A stretch of DNA of 64,000 nucleotides from NCBI GenBank assembly GCA_045594785.1, contig JAZNZE010000054.1, forward strand, positions 52,091 through 116,090, given 5' to 3'. Made by a program: the position numbers and the translations under genes. This DNA comes from Eubacteriales bacterium (GTDB taxonomy: Bacteria; Bacillota; Clostridia; Oscillospirales; CAG-272). Numbering within the stretch: the first letter of the stretch is position 1; every line of letters begins with the position of its first letter. The notes under the pieces were generated by a model. That model was not told the origin of the DNA, did not search any database, and worked only from the letters and a program-made list of their open reading frames with translations. Shown here in pieces: positions 19,518 to 29,446 of the stretch.

Positions 19518-21857
19518 TCAATCAATGAAATTTTTTATAATATCAGCCGCCTTGTAAACACCTGCGTCAGATGCTGCCGCACCTGCAATATCAGCTGCAT
19601 TCTCGATTGCCGAGTTATGAGTTGAATTCATAGCCGCTACAGTATTTACATAGTCGCTCTTGAAGGAATTGAATTTTTCAAGAGCATCAGCCACACCTTC
19701 AAGAGTTGCCTCTGCGGTGCTTGCTGCAACCTCTGCCCTTGCAAGAAGCTCACGGCGAGCCGCAAACGAGGTCTCAACCTGAATTTCAACCACAAGCAAC
19801 TTAAGCAAATCGCTGCTTGAAATGACGGTTTCGATTTTGGTCATCTCTTCCGAAAGAATTATATTAGCTTCCTTTACACCTTCAATACCGATTACGTCAC
19901 CCTTTTCTTTAAGCTGAAGTGCCGTTTCGATAGCCTTCTGCTTTGCTTCAAAGCCCTCTGCTACAAGAATAGCATTTACCGCAGCTTTATAAGCTGTGGA
20001 AGCCTTTTCCGATTCTTCAACTGCGTCTTTAAGACTTTCATAAACCTCAAGAGCTTCGGTGACTCCCTTGTATTTATCACGGACGGAATAGATTATTGCA
20101 TCCGCCTCATTAAGCTGCTCTACTATTGCAGTATAATAAGTAGCAATCTGAGCCTTCTTAATGATATCAAGGAATTTCTCGCAAATCTCTATCTGAGAAA
20201 GGATGCTCTCGCGGTTTTCCGTATATACAGAGAAAAGAGCTGAGAGTTCTGAATGTGTTGTTTCATCGAGGTTTTCGTCAATGTCGCCGCCATTGTAAAC
20301 AGCATCAGCAAGCAAGTAACCTTCTGCGAGCTGTGCAAAAGCTTCTTCGTATTTCTGCTCGTGAGGAGCGTAGGGCTCACCGGTCTCTTCATTTATGCTA
20401 TTCATTAACTCAAGTGCCGTCTTCATCATAGTAGCTCCTTGAATAAATGAATTTGCTGCGTCATTCAGCTTCGTGTACTTCGCATCAAATTCTTCAAAAA
20501 GAAGAACTGCGTCCGTCATAGTAAAGTTTTCAATTTCCTCAATTGGCTCAGCGTACGTAGCATCGCGAAGAGCATAGGAAGTTACATTTTCGTAAAACGC
20601 CTTAAGATATCCGTCATAATCAACGCTTGCTGCGTTGTAAGTCTTCATTGCCTTAACAAAGGCAACCGAATCCTCGGCAACCTTAACGCAATTAGAAGCC
20701 TCCTCCATAAAAGCTTTTCTTGCCGCTATTACCGCATCAACCAAGGCAGCGTCATCAACAAATCCGGGAGCTCCTGCAAGCTCTTCGTCTGCAGGGAGTT
20801 TCTCACCGTAGTCTTCGCTTTCGTCTATGAAGCTCAATCTGTCGTAATATCCGGAATTTACGTCTATGGAATTTGCGCGTCTAACGAATTCCTCTGCATA
20901 AGCAAGATTTATATACTCAGGAATGTTTTCGATTATTTCATCTACAATCTCTTTATTCTGTGTGGAATCTGCCGGCTTGAATTCATAGGTATTGATAAGC
21001 TTATCAAAAACCTCGGCAATTTTGATTTTTACGTCAGACGTAGTTTCATCTGCAAGATAAAGTGCTTCAAGATCAACGATTGTCTGAGCGGTAATGTCGT
21101 TCTTATTTGAAGGATTGCGCTCAAACGTTCCCTCGTAAACCTCTACGTTATCAAGATAAAGGAAAATCGTGTCGCTTCTCTTGGTCGTTGACTTAAGCTC
21201 GAAATCTACAAGCTGCTGTGCTCCGCCAAGTGAAAAATTATCCGTCTGCGCCCAGGTTTCTTTTCCGTCAGCGGAAATCTTGAAGAAATAGTTGTTCTCA
21301 GCCGTGTCAAAGAATACAACGACATTATACCAAACGTCAGGCTGGGGGACAATACCTTCAAAATTCTGAATCAAGAAATACTCTGCCGCCTCATCCCAGT
21401 GGGAGTACTGGAACACACCATCTCTTGTATTGAGAGTAAACATTGAAGTATAGGTAAGGTTCTCTTCGCCTTTAGCATCAATCATTTTCAGATTAAGCTT
21501 ATATTCACCTACCATAGAAGCATCGTAGCATATATCGAATGATACGACAAGCTTATCGGTTTCCGGTTTATCGAAATACTTGTTACCCTTACCGGTGACC
21601 TTAAATACCTTATTCGTATCATCAAAAGGATCGGTTATAACTTCGTCTCCCGAACCTGAATAATGAGCAGTATCAAAGGTTCCTTCCTCATAATTCTCTG
21701 CCAGATAGTCCTTGAAAGCGTAATACTCGATTATGTCATCGATATCACCTATTCCCTCTGCATTAAACGGCCCTTCGGCGGATACCGAAAGAAGCATACA
21801 GGAAACAAGCAAAGCCGCAAGCAGCAGTATCGCAAGGATCCTTTTGGTAATTTTCAT
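19518..21857 (-). CDS. Secreted hypothetical protein: signal peptide, beta-sandwich (LamG-like?) N-domain, long helical Ala/Glu-rich C-region
   Basis: MKITKRILAILLLAALLVSCMLLSVSAEG signal peptide and no C-terminal anchor. No catalytic motif recognised. Confidence 0.6.
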   Translation of the reverse strand: MKITKRILAILLLAALLVSCMLLSVSAEGPFNAEGIGDIDDIIEYYAFKDYLAENYEEGTFDTAHYSGSGDEVITDPFDDTNKVFKVTGKGNKYFDKPETDKLVVSFDICYDASMVGEYKLNLKMIDAKGEENLTYTSMFTLNTRDGVFQYSHWDEAAEYFLIQNFEGIVPQPDVWYNVVVFFDTAENNYFFKISADGKETWAQTDNFSLGGAQQLVDFELKSTTKRSDTIFLYLDNVEVYEGTFERNPSNKNDITAQTIVDLEALYLADETTSDVKIKIAEVFDKLINTYEFKPADSTQNKEIVDEIIENIPEYINLAYAEEFVRRANSIDVNSGYYDRLSFIDESEDYGEKLPADEELAGAPGFVDDAALVDAVIAARKAFMEEASNCVKVAEDSVAFVKAMKTYNAASVDYDGYLKAFYENVTSYALRDATYAEPIEEIENFTMTDAVLLFEEFDAKYTKLNDAANSFIQGATMMKTALELMNSINEETGEPYAPHEQKYEEAFAQLAEGYLLADAVYNGGDIDENLDETTHSELSALFSVYTENRESILSQIEICEKFLDIIKKAQIATYYTAIVEQLNEADAIIYSVRDKYKGVTEALEVYESLKDAVEESEKASTAYKAAVNAILVAEGFEAKQKAIETALQLKEKGDVIGIEGVKEANIILSEEMTKIETVISSSDLLKLLVVEIQVETSFAARRELLARAEVAASTAEATLEGVADALEKFNSFKSDYVNTVAAMNSTHNSAIENAADIAGAAASDAGVYKAADIIKNFID

Positions 21858-22016
21858 AGATTTCTCCTAACTGTCGCAAAAGCAACAAATATTTTTAGTT
21901 ATAATAATTATAACATTATTCTACTAAAAAATCAACTCGTCAATATGTCAAATTTTGTTTTGCTTTTTTGGTCTATTTGTACAAGATTTTTTTGGCAAAA
22001 AAAAGCGTCTTGATTA

Positions 22017-22045
22017 TTGATTTTTTTATTCGTGTATGGTATAAT
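22017..22045 (+). promoter_or_regulatory. Extended -10 sigma-A promoter upstream of the helicase gene
   Basis: TTGATT (22017-22022), 17-bp spacer containing TG at 22037-22038, TATAAT (22040-22045). Confidence 0.6.
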
Positions 22046-22127
22046 TTAATATGAGGTATTATTTTATATATTTTGCAAACTTTTATTTGCTTTACTTATA
22101 CAACGAAGATAGGAAAGGATTTCTGTG

Positions 22128-25100
22128 ATGGGAAAGAGCATATACACATACTACAAAGAACGCCTTATAGAAATAGGCGGAAGCAGTAAATGCCTTTATC
22201 TGAAAAACATAGTCAGGCGCAGTGCCTATGATATAGGAAAAATATTTGAGGGACGAGACGGAAAAATTGCAGAGCTTATCGCATTTTTGTGGTCGGACCA
22301 TAAATACCCGCTATCGCTTATAAACTCCAGAGAAAAAAGGGATTTGGCAGCTAACCTTGACATAGAAACAAAGATAGACAAGCGCCGCGTCTTTCTCGGT
22401 GAAGAGGCTTCGGCAACCGAGATAGAAAAGGCTCATCAGAAAAACGAACGCGTTCGCCGCGAAGAAGCAAACAAGGCAATCGAGGCCGAGCTTTCCAAAA
22501 TCAAGGATTTAAAGCGCGAGGTTGAAGAAATAGAAAAGGAAACGGGAAGATACGAGCTTTTTCTCGGTTATCCCTTCGTTTTCGGCACTATAGGTCAGGG
22601 CTCTCACAAAACGGTTATCAAAGCTCCTCTCCTTCTCTTCCCCGTCAAAATCGAAATTCCGGACGAAAACACCGCTGAGATACGCTTCAACGAAACCGAA
22701 AAGATACGAATAAATCCTGCGCTTATATTTGCATACGCTCAGGCAAAGAGAATATCGGTTGACCAGCTCGAGCTTGAATTTGACGACTTGTACGATTTTC
22801 CCGATATAGAGTCGATTTTGCGCTATCTCAAAAATGCTCACATCGACATAGAGTTTTCACGCACAAAGAACATCTTTTGCTATTCAAAATTTAAAGAGCC
22901 GGAAGATAAGAGCGACCTTTCCGTAAGATACGGCGCAGTTCTTGCAAGATTTGCACTTTCCAATTCTATTTATAATGACTACACTCAGCTTGAAAGAAGA
23001 AAGCTCACCAACGATGCGATAAACGAGCTTTTGCATACAGGCAAGCGCACAAAGAAAAAATCAAAGAGCAGGTCTGACAAAAATGCAAACGGCAACTACG
23101 CTGTAAAAATGCTGGACTATGCTCAGCAAAGAGTTGTGGATAAGGTTGACGAAAACGGAAATATGGTTATATACGGTCCTCCCGGCACGGGTAAATCGCA
23201 AACCATAGTTAACATAATAACCGATGCCATAGCCAAGGATAAAAGAGTTCTTGTTGTTTCCCAGAAAAAAGCCGCTCTTGACGTAGTATACAACCGTCTC
23301 GGAAATCTTAACGAGAAGTGTATGTATATCAACGATGAGAGCAAGGAGAAGCGCGCCTTTTACTCAAAATGCTTCGAAGCGCATCAGCGCGAATTTACCG
23401 CTTCCGGTGTTGATATCCGCGCTCTCAATAACGAATACGAACAGCTTTCATCGAAGATAGCTAAAGAAAGAGAAACGCTCGATTCTATTTACGACACCTT
23501 GAACCGAAAGCGCCCCTTCGGTCTTTCCCTTTCGGAGATGTACAGCTCGTCCACAACGATAGCAAAAAACACTACCGAATACCAGATTTACACAAAGCTC
23601 ATCGCAAACGAGGATATTATGAAGCTCGGCTACAGAGAGCTTTCGGACGCTCTTTTTGCTATAAAAGGACAGGAGCTTGAACGGCTTTATTACGATTTTG
23701 TGGAAGCAAAGGAAAAGAACCCGCTTATAGACCTTATGCAAGCTGATATCGACATCAGAACGCTAAGCGAGGTTAAGGGCTCTCTTCTCAATCTTCAAAA
23801 ATCAAGAAAAGGCTTTTTCAACACCTTCAAATATCCGTATTACCGCCAGGTGCTTGCTCATTACAAGGAAATAACAAGTCCTGAGGCGTTCGATTCTATC
23901 GTCAATCTCGAATGTAAGCTTAAGTATCCAAAAACTCTTTTTAAAGGCAAGCTTCGCCGTGAGATGAAGGACAAATTTCTTGAAACTCTCGAAGCGGTTG
24001 ACAAATTTGCTTCGGAATACAGTTTCCTTCTCAGAGTTCTGACGGAAGACGGATACATTTCGGTTATCGATAACCTTCTCCGCGGAAACCATGCATACAT
24101 AAGACTGGTTTACGAAGCTCTTGACGGCTACATAGCTATGAGAGACGTAACCAATCTTCTCGAAAGTCTTGATGCAAGCAAGATACTCATACTGAATTTT
24201 GCTTATACCTCAAGCAAAAATTACGCAAACTACTCGGAAATACTGGAAAAGCTGCTTGAAATACGCATATATCACGAGCTTATCGGTTACGAGGAAATGT
24301 GCAAAGACGAGCTTTCAAAGCTCGTTGACTATCAGAGCATACGTTCCAAAATCGCCCGTTACAAAGAGGCTCAGCTGGAGGTATCGGCTAAGATAACGGC
24401 TTACAACTCGACAAAGGACTACGTTTCTCTTTACAACGAAGGAAAGGACAACAAGGACTATCTGTACCAGATTTCCAAAAAGCAGAAATACTGGCCTATT
24501 AGAAAGACGGTTGAATTTTACGGTGAATATATACTCAGCCTCTTCCCTTGCTGGCTCCTCTCGCCCGAAAACGTTTCTTCAATTCTTCCTCTTACGAAGA
24601 ATCTTTTTGACGTAGTTATTTTTGACGAGGCTTCTCAGGTATTTATAGAAAGCACGATTCCAACAATTTACCGCGGTAAAAATATAGTCGTTGCCGGAGA
24701 CGCAAAGCAGCTTCGTCCTTCCACTACGTTTATGAAAAGATACCTTGGCGGTGACGTTGAATCTATGGAGGATATTTCCGTTCAGGCAGCGCTTGAGGTT
24801 GACAGCCTTCTGGACCTTGCCGTAGCAAGATACGAAAGCGCAAATCTTACCTACCATTACAGAAGCCACAGCAGCGAGCTTATAGATTTTTCTAACAGCG
24901 CGTTCTATTCTTCATCGCTTCAAATATCCCCTAACGTCTCTAAAAACAAGCTTTCCCGCCCAATTGAGCGTTATATGGTAAACGGAAAGTGGACTGACAG
25001 AAAGAACGTTGCCGAAGCAAAGAAGATTGTCGAGCTGCTCGCTGAAATCTTTACAACCCGAAAGCATAACGAAAGTATTGGTATTATCACCTTCAATACA

Positions 25101-25907
25101 GAGCAGCAGAGCTGTATTGCCGACCTTATTGATAAGGAAATGTCGAAAAATCCGGAGTTTCGCACTGCTATGATAAACGAAAGACATAGAGTCGAAAACG
25201 GAGAAGACACAAGTATTTTTATCAAGAATCTTGAAAACGTTCAAGGTGACGAAAGAGACATTATAATATTCTCAATCGGATATGCAAACAACGAGCAAGG
25301 CAAGCTTTATACAAATTTCGGCTCTCTCTCCGCAGAGGGCGGCGAAAACCGCCTTAACGTTGCTATAACGAGAGCAAAATCCAGAATTATCGTAGTAACC
25401 AGCATTGAGCCTGAGGCGCTTAAGGTTGAAGGAGCAAAGAATCTCGGTCCTAAGCTTCTGAAAAAATATCTTATGTACGTGAGAGCCGTCTCCGCCTCTC
25501 TTGATTCTGACGTTAATACCATTCTCTCCGAGCTTGACCCTCAGGAAAACTCGGCTCCGGAGCAGATAACAAAGCTTGCTCCCATAGACGAGAGAATCAA
25601 GGAACGCCTTGTAAAGCTCGGCTATACCGTGGATTCAGACCTCGGAAACAAAAACAACCGCATTTCACTCGCCATTTACGATGAAAAGCTCGACAAATAC
25701 CTTCTCGGCATAGTGCTCGACAAGGACGCTTACGATTCTTCCGACACAACTATGGAAAGAGACGTATATAAGCCTATGTTCCTTGAATCGAAGGGCTGGA
25801 CACTTCTCAGAGTATGGTCGCGCGACTGGTGGCTCTATCCGCAAAGAGTAATACGAATGATAACCGATGCGGCTGAGGCTAACCGTCAGAAATTGTCTAA
25901 TTCTTAA
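22128..25907 (+). CDS. SF1 (Upf1/DNA2-like) helicase with DUF4011-like N-region and C-terminal REase-like (DUF559/MTES_1575-type) domain
   Basis: Helicase motifs read directly: GPPGTGKSQT, VIFDEASQ, AGDAKQLRPS, YHYRSHSSELIDFSN, NVQGDERDIIIFS, RLNVAITRAK. The C-terminus is LGYTVDSDLG...GWTLLRVWSRDWW. 1259 aa from ATG 22128; GTG 22125 is also possible. Confidence 0.85.
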   Translation: MGKSIYTYYKERLIEIGGSSKCLYLKNIVRRSAYDIGKIFEGRDGKIAELIAFLWSDHKYPLSLINSREKRDLAANLDIETKIDKRRVFLGEEASATEIEKAHQKNERVRREEANKAIEAELSKIKDLKREVEEIEKETGRYELFLGYPFVFGTIGQGSHKTVIKAPLLLFPVKIEIPDENTAEIRFNETEKIRINPALIFAYAQAKRISVDQLELEFDDLYDFPDIESILRYLKNAHIDIEFSRTKNIFCYSKFKEPEDKSDLSVRYGAVLARFALSNSIYNDYTQLERRKLTNDAINELLHTGKRTKKKSKSRSDKNANGNYAVKMLDYAQQRVVDKVDENGNMVIYGPPGTGKSQTIVNIITDAIAKDKRVLVVSQKKAALDVVYNRLGNLNEKCMYINDESKEKRAFYSKCFEAHQREFTASGVDIRALNNEYEQLSSKIAKERETLDSIYDTLNRKRPFGLSLSEMYSSSTTIAKNTTEYQIYTKLIANEDIMKLGYRELSDALFAIKGQELERLYYDFVEAKEKNPLIDLMQADIDIRTLSEVKGSLLNLQKSRKGFFNTFKYPYYRQVLAHYKEITSPEAFDSIVNLECKLKYPKTLFKGKLRREMKDKFLETLEAVDKFASEYSFLLRVLTEDGYISVIDNLLRGNHAYIRLVYEALDGYIAMRDVTNLLESLDASKILILNFAYTSSKNYANYSEILEKLLEIRIYHELIGYEEMCKDELSKLVDYQSIRSKIARYKEAQLEVSAKITAYNSTKDYVSLYNEGKDNKDYLYQISKKQKYWPIRKTVEFYGEYILSLFPCWLLSPENVSSILPLTKNLFDVVIFDEASQVFIESTIPTIYRGKNIVVAGDAKQLRPSTTFMKRYLGGDVESMEDISVQAALEVDSLLDLAVARYESANLTYHYRSHSSELIDFSNSAFYSSSLQISPNVSKNKLSRPIERYMVNGKWTDRKNVAEAKKIVELLAEIFTTRKHNESIGIITFNTEQQSCIADLIDKEMSKNPEFRTAMINERHRVENGEDTSIFIKNLENVQGDERDIIIFSIGYANNEQGKLYTNFGSLSAEGGENRLNVAITRAKSRIIVVTSIEPEALKVEGAKNLGPKLLKKYLMYVRAVSASLDSDVNTILSELDPQENSAPEQITKLAPIDERIKERLVKLGYTVDSDLGNKNNRISLAIYDEKLDKYLLGIVLDKDAYDSSDTTMERDVYKPMFLESKGWTLLRVWSRDWWLYPQRVIRMITDAAEANRQKLSNS

Positions 25908-25934
25908 TTTTCACAGTTACACCGGAGGAAAAAC

Positions 25935-27668
25935 GTGAAACGAATGTTAGTTTATCTGAGGGAATACGTTAAAGAGTCTGTTCTCGGACCGCTTTTTAAG
26001 CTTTTCGAAGCAACTCTTGAGCTCATCGTTCCCCTGATTATAGCTTCTATTATCGACAACGGAATTAACGCTGATACACCCGATTCGGCTTACGTTGTGA
26101 AAATGAGCTTGCTGCTCCTTCTTCTCGGAGCAGTAGGCCTTGCCTTTTCGGTTACGGCGCAGTATTTTGCCGCAAAGGCATCTGTCGGCTACGTTACGAA
26201 GCTCAGGTTTGCGCTTTTCTCTCACATACAAACTCTCTCGTATTCAGAGCTTGACCGTCTCGGAACCAGCACTATGATAACCAGAATGACCTCTGATACG
26301 AATCAAATTCAGACAGGACTTAATCTCGGATTGCGTCTTCTTCTGCGTTCTCCGTTCGTGGTGTTCGGTGCTATGATAATGGCATTCACCATTGACACAA
26401 AATCAGCGCTTACCTTCGTTGCCGCAATTGCGCTTTTATCAATTGTGGTATTTGGAATTATGCTCATTTCAATTCCGCTTTACAAAAAGGTACAGGCACG
26501 GCTTGACGGAGTGCTCGGAAAAACCAGAGAAAACCTTTCCGGAGCTCGAGTTATCCGAGCTTTCTGCAAGGAAGATGACGAAACGCAAGAGTTCAAAAAC
26601 AAGAACGCGGAGCTCACTTCGGTGCAGAAATACGTTGGCAAAATCTCTTCCCTTATGAATCCTCTCACCTACGTCATTATTAACCTGGCTGTTTTATGGC
26701 TCATTCACACGGGTGCGCTTCAGGTAAAGGCAGGAAATCTTACGCAGGGCGAGGTAGTTGCTCTTTACAACTATATGTCGCAGATACTCGTAGAGCTTAT
26801 AAAGCTCGCAAACCTGATTATAACGATTACAAAAGCCGTTGCTTCGGGTGCGAGAATCAATTCGGTTTTCGATATTCAGTCTTCTATAAAAGCAGGCAAT
26901 CTTACAGAGGGTACGGACGGTCTATTTGCCGTTGAGTTTTCAGACGTTTCGCTTAAGTACGGCAATTCCGCAGAAAATTCTCTTTCGGAAATATCCTTCA
27001 AGGTCAAACACGGAGATACCGTAGGAATTATCGGTGGAACAGGCTCAGGAAAAACCTCGCTCATAAATCTGATACCCCGCTTTTATGACCCAACCAGCGG
27101 AACGGTGCTGATTGACGGTCAGGACGCCAAGCTTTATAAGGAAGAGGCTCTGCGTAAAACGATTGCCGTAGTTCCTCAGAAGGCAGTACTCTTCAAAGGA
27201 AGCATCAGAGACAATATGAAGCTTGGAAACGAAAATGCAACGGATGAAGAAATAATTGAAGCCTTAAAAACAGCTCAGGCGGAATCCGTAGTCGTTGACA
27301 AGGGCGGCCTTGATGCTGTTATCGAACAAGGCGGAAAAAATCTTTCGGGCGGTCAGAGACAGCGTCTTACCATTGCGAGAGCGCTCGTCAACAAGCCGAA
27401 GGTGCTTATTCTTGACGACTCAGCATCAGCACTCGATTACGCTACCGATGCAAAGCTTCGCGCCGCTATCAGAAATATGAGTGGAAATACTACCGTTTTC
27501 ATAGTTTCTCAGCGAGCTTCTTCTATAATGCACGCAGATAAAATAATCGTTCTTGATGACGGCGAGGCGGTCGGACTTGGCACGCACAGCGAGCTGCTTT
27601 CTTCCTGCTCCGTCTACAGAGAGATATACGCTTCTCAGTTTTCTGACGAGGAGGTGGCGGCAATATGA
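25935..27668 (+). CDS. ABC exporter half-transporter (TMD-NBD), degenerate-site partner
   Basis: Six-TM N-half. Walker A GGTGSGKTS and signature LSGGQRQR. Walker B LILDDSASALD has Asp in place of the catalytic Glu. GTG start 6 nt after GGAGG. Confidence 0.88.
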   Translation: MKRMLVYLREYVKESVLGPLFKLFEATLELIVPLIIASIIDNGINADTPDSAYVVKMSLLLLLLGAVGLAFSVTAQYFAAKASVGYVTKLRFALFSHIQTLSYSELDRLGTSTMITRMTSDTNQIQTGLNLGLRLLLRSPFVVFGAMIMAFTIDTKSALTFVAAIALLSIVVFGIMLISIPLYKKVQARLDGVLGKTRENLSGARVIRAFCKEDDETQEFKNKNAELTSVQKYVGKISSLMNPLTYVIINLAVLWLIHTGALQVKAGNLTQGEVVALYNYMSQILVELIKLANLIITITKAVASGARINSVFDIQSSIKAGNLTEGTDGLFAVEFSDVSLKYGNSAENSLSEISFKVKHGDTVGIIGGTGSGKTSLINLIPRFYDPTSGTVLIDGQDAKLYKEEALRKTIAVVPQKAVLFKGSIRDNMKLGNENATDEEIIEALKTAQAESVVVDKGGLDAVIEQGGKNLSGGQRQRLTIARALVNKPKVLILDDSASALDYATDAKLRAAIRNMSGNTTVFIVSQRASSIMHADKIIVLDDGEAVGLGTHSELLSSCSVYREIYASQFSDEEVAAI

Positions 27669-29428
27669 AAAACGCAAACAAAAAAACCTCCACACTCGCC
27701 AAAGTACTTAAATACATCGGCAGGTACAAGCTTCTTTTGCCTGTAACGCTGCTTTTTGCTACGCTTACGGTGGCGCTGACGTTATACATTCCTATTCTTA
27801 TAGGAGATGCGATTGACCTTATTATAGGAAAAGACAACGTTGACGTTGAAGGAATTGTAAAAATTCTCGGCATAGCCGCAATTCTTATAGCTGTAACAGC
27901 GCTTTCTCAATGGATAATGAGCGCAATTAACAACCGTATAACCTATCACGTTGCGGCAGACGTAAGACGTGATGCATTTGAAAAAATCGAAAAGCTCCCG
28001 CTTTCAACTCTTGATACAAAATCGCACGGAGATATTCTCAGCAGAACGGTTAACGACACAGAGCAATTTGCCGAGGGACTTTTGCTTGGCTTTACTCAGC
28101 TCTTTACCGGTATTCTGACCATCGCGGGAACGCTTGGTCTGCTTATCTGGCTCAGATGGCAAATCGCACTTGTCGTTTTTCTTCTCACACCGCTCTCCCT
28201 CTTCATAGCCAGGTTTATTGCCAAAAAAACCTATAATCTCTTCAAGGAGCAATCCTCTGCAAAGGGAGCGCAGACGGCTCTTATTGACGAAATGATAAGC
28301 AATCAAAAGCTCGTTAAGGCATTTGCCTACGAGGACGATGCTATTCAGAGATTTGACGAAGTGAACAAGCGCCTGGAGCGCGCATCTCTCAGAGCAATCT
28401 TCTTCTCCTCTATTACCAATCCCGCAACCAGATTTATAAACGCTACGGTTTATGCTGTTGTGGCACTTGTAGGTGCGCTTACCGTCATATCGACTATGGA
28501 CGATGCAGTTCCCTTCACTGTCGGTATGCTTTCCTGTATGCTCTCTTATGCAAATCAGTATACAAAGCCGTTTAACGAAATTTCCGGAGTGGTTACAGAA
28601 TTTCAAAACGCGCTCGCCTGCGCAGGCAGAGTTTTTGAGCTTATTGAGGAAAAGGAAGAAATTCCCGATTCTGAAAATGCCATAGAGCTCACCGATTGCA
28701 AAGGAAACGTTGATATAAAAGACGTTGATTTTTCTTACGTTCCGGAAAAACCGCTTATTCAAGGTCTTAACCTTTCTGTAAAAGCAGGACAGCGTATCGC
28801 AATAGTGGGTCCCACAGGTTGCGGAAAAACCACGCTTATTAATCTGCTTATGCGCTTCTATGACGTTTGTGATGGTGAAATATCCGTTGATTCAAACGGG
28901 ATAACAGAGCTCTCACGAAAAAGTCTGCGAAAGAACTACGGAATGGTTCTTCAGGATACTTGGCTTAAAGCGGGAACGGTTAAGGAAAATATAATTATGG
29001 GAAAGCCCGATGCTACCGATGAAGAAATCATTGCAGCAGCAAAGGCTTCACACGCACACAGCTTTATAAAGCGACTCCCAAACGGATATGACACCTTTAT
29101 AGGCGAAGACGGCGGCACGCTCTCTCAGGGACAAAAACAGCTTCTTTCCATAACGAGAGTAATGCTTACGCTTCCGCCAATGCTGATTCTTGACGAGGCT
29201 ACCTCTTCAATTGACACAAGAACAGAGCTTAAAATACAAGAGGCTTTTCTCAAAATGATGCAAGGCAGAACAAGCTTTATCGTAGCGCACAGGCTTTCTA
29301 CAGTAAAGGAAGCGGATATCATTCTCGTTATGCGTGACGGAAACATCGTTGAACAGGGCTCGCACAAGGAGCTTATACAAAAGGGCGGATTTTATTTCGA
29401 GCTTTATAACAGCCAATTTGCACATTGA
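27665..29428 (+). CDS. ABC exporter half-transporter (TMD-NBD), consensus-site partner
   Basis: Walker A GPTGCGKTT and Walker B LILDEATSSID (catalytic Glu present). The signature is degenerate (LSQGQKQL). 4-bp overlap with the upstream half-transporter. Confidence 0.88.
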   Translation: MKNANKKTSTLAKVLKYIGRYKLLLPVTLLFATLTVALTLYIPILIGDAIDLIIGKDNVDVEGIVKILGIAAILIAVTALSQWIMSAINNRITYHVAADVRRDAFEKIEKLPLSTLDTKSHGDILSRTVNDTEQFAEGLLLGFTQLFTGILTIAGTLGLLIWLRWQIALVVFLLTPLSLFIARFIAKKTYNLFKEQSSAKGAQTALIDEMISNQKLVKAFAYEDDAIQRFDEVNKRLERASLRAIFFSSITNPATRFINATVYAVVALVGALTVISTMDDAVPFTVGMLSCMLSYANQYTKPFNEISGVVTEFQNALACAGRVFELIEEKEEIPDSENAIELTDCKGNVDIKDVDFSYVPEKPLIQGLNLSVKAGQRIAIVGPTGCGKTTLINLLMRFYDVCDGEISVDSNGITELSRKSLRKNYGMVLQDTWLKAGTVKENIIMGKPDATDEEIIAAAKASHAHSFIKRLPNGYDTFIGEDGGTLSQGQKQLLSITRVMLTLPPMLILDEATSSIDTRTELKIQEAFLKMMQGRTSFIVAHRLSTVKEADIILVMRDGNIVEQGSHKELIQKGGFYFELYNSQFAH

Positions 29429-29446
29429 TTTAATTTTTGTCAGGCG

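Noticed and set aside
22128-25907. Assigning the helicase to a named multi-gene defence system (Hachiman, Gabija, Druantia, Mokosh)
   Set aside because: None of the partner genes (HamA, GajA, DruA-D, a PLD nuclease) is recognisable nearby, and the motifs are Upf1-like SF1 rather than UvrD or DUF1998 type. Only the generic helicase-nuclease description is supportable.
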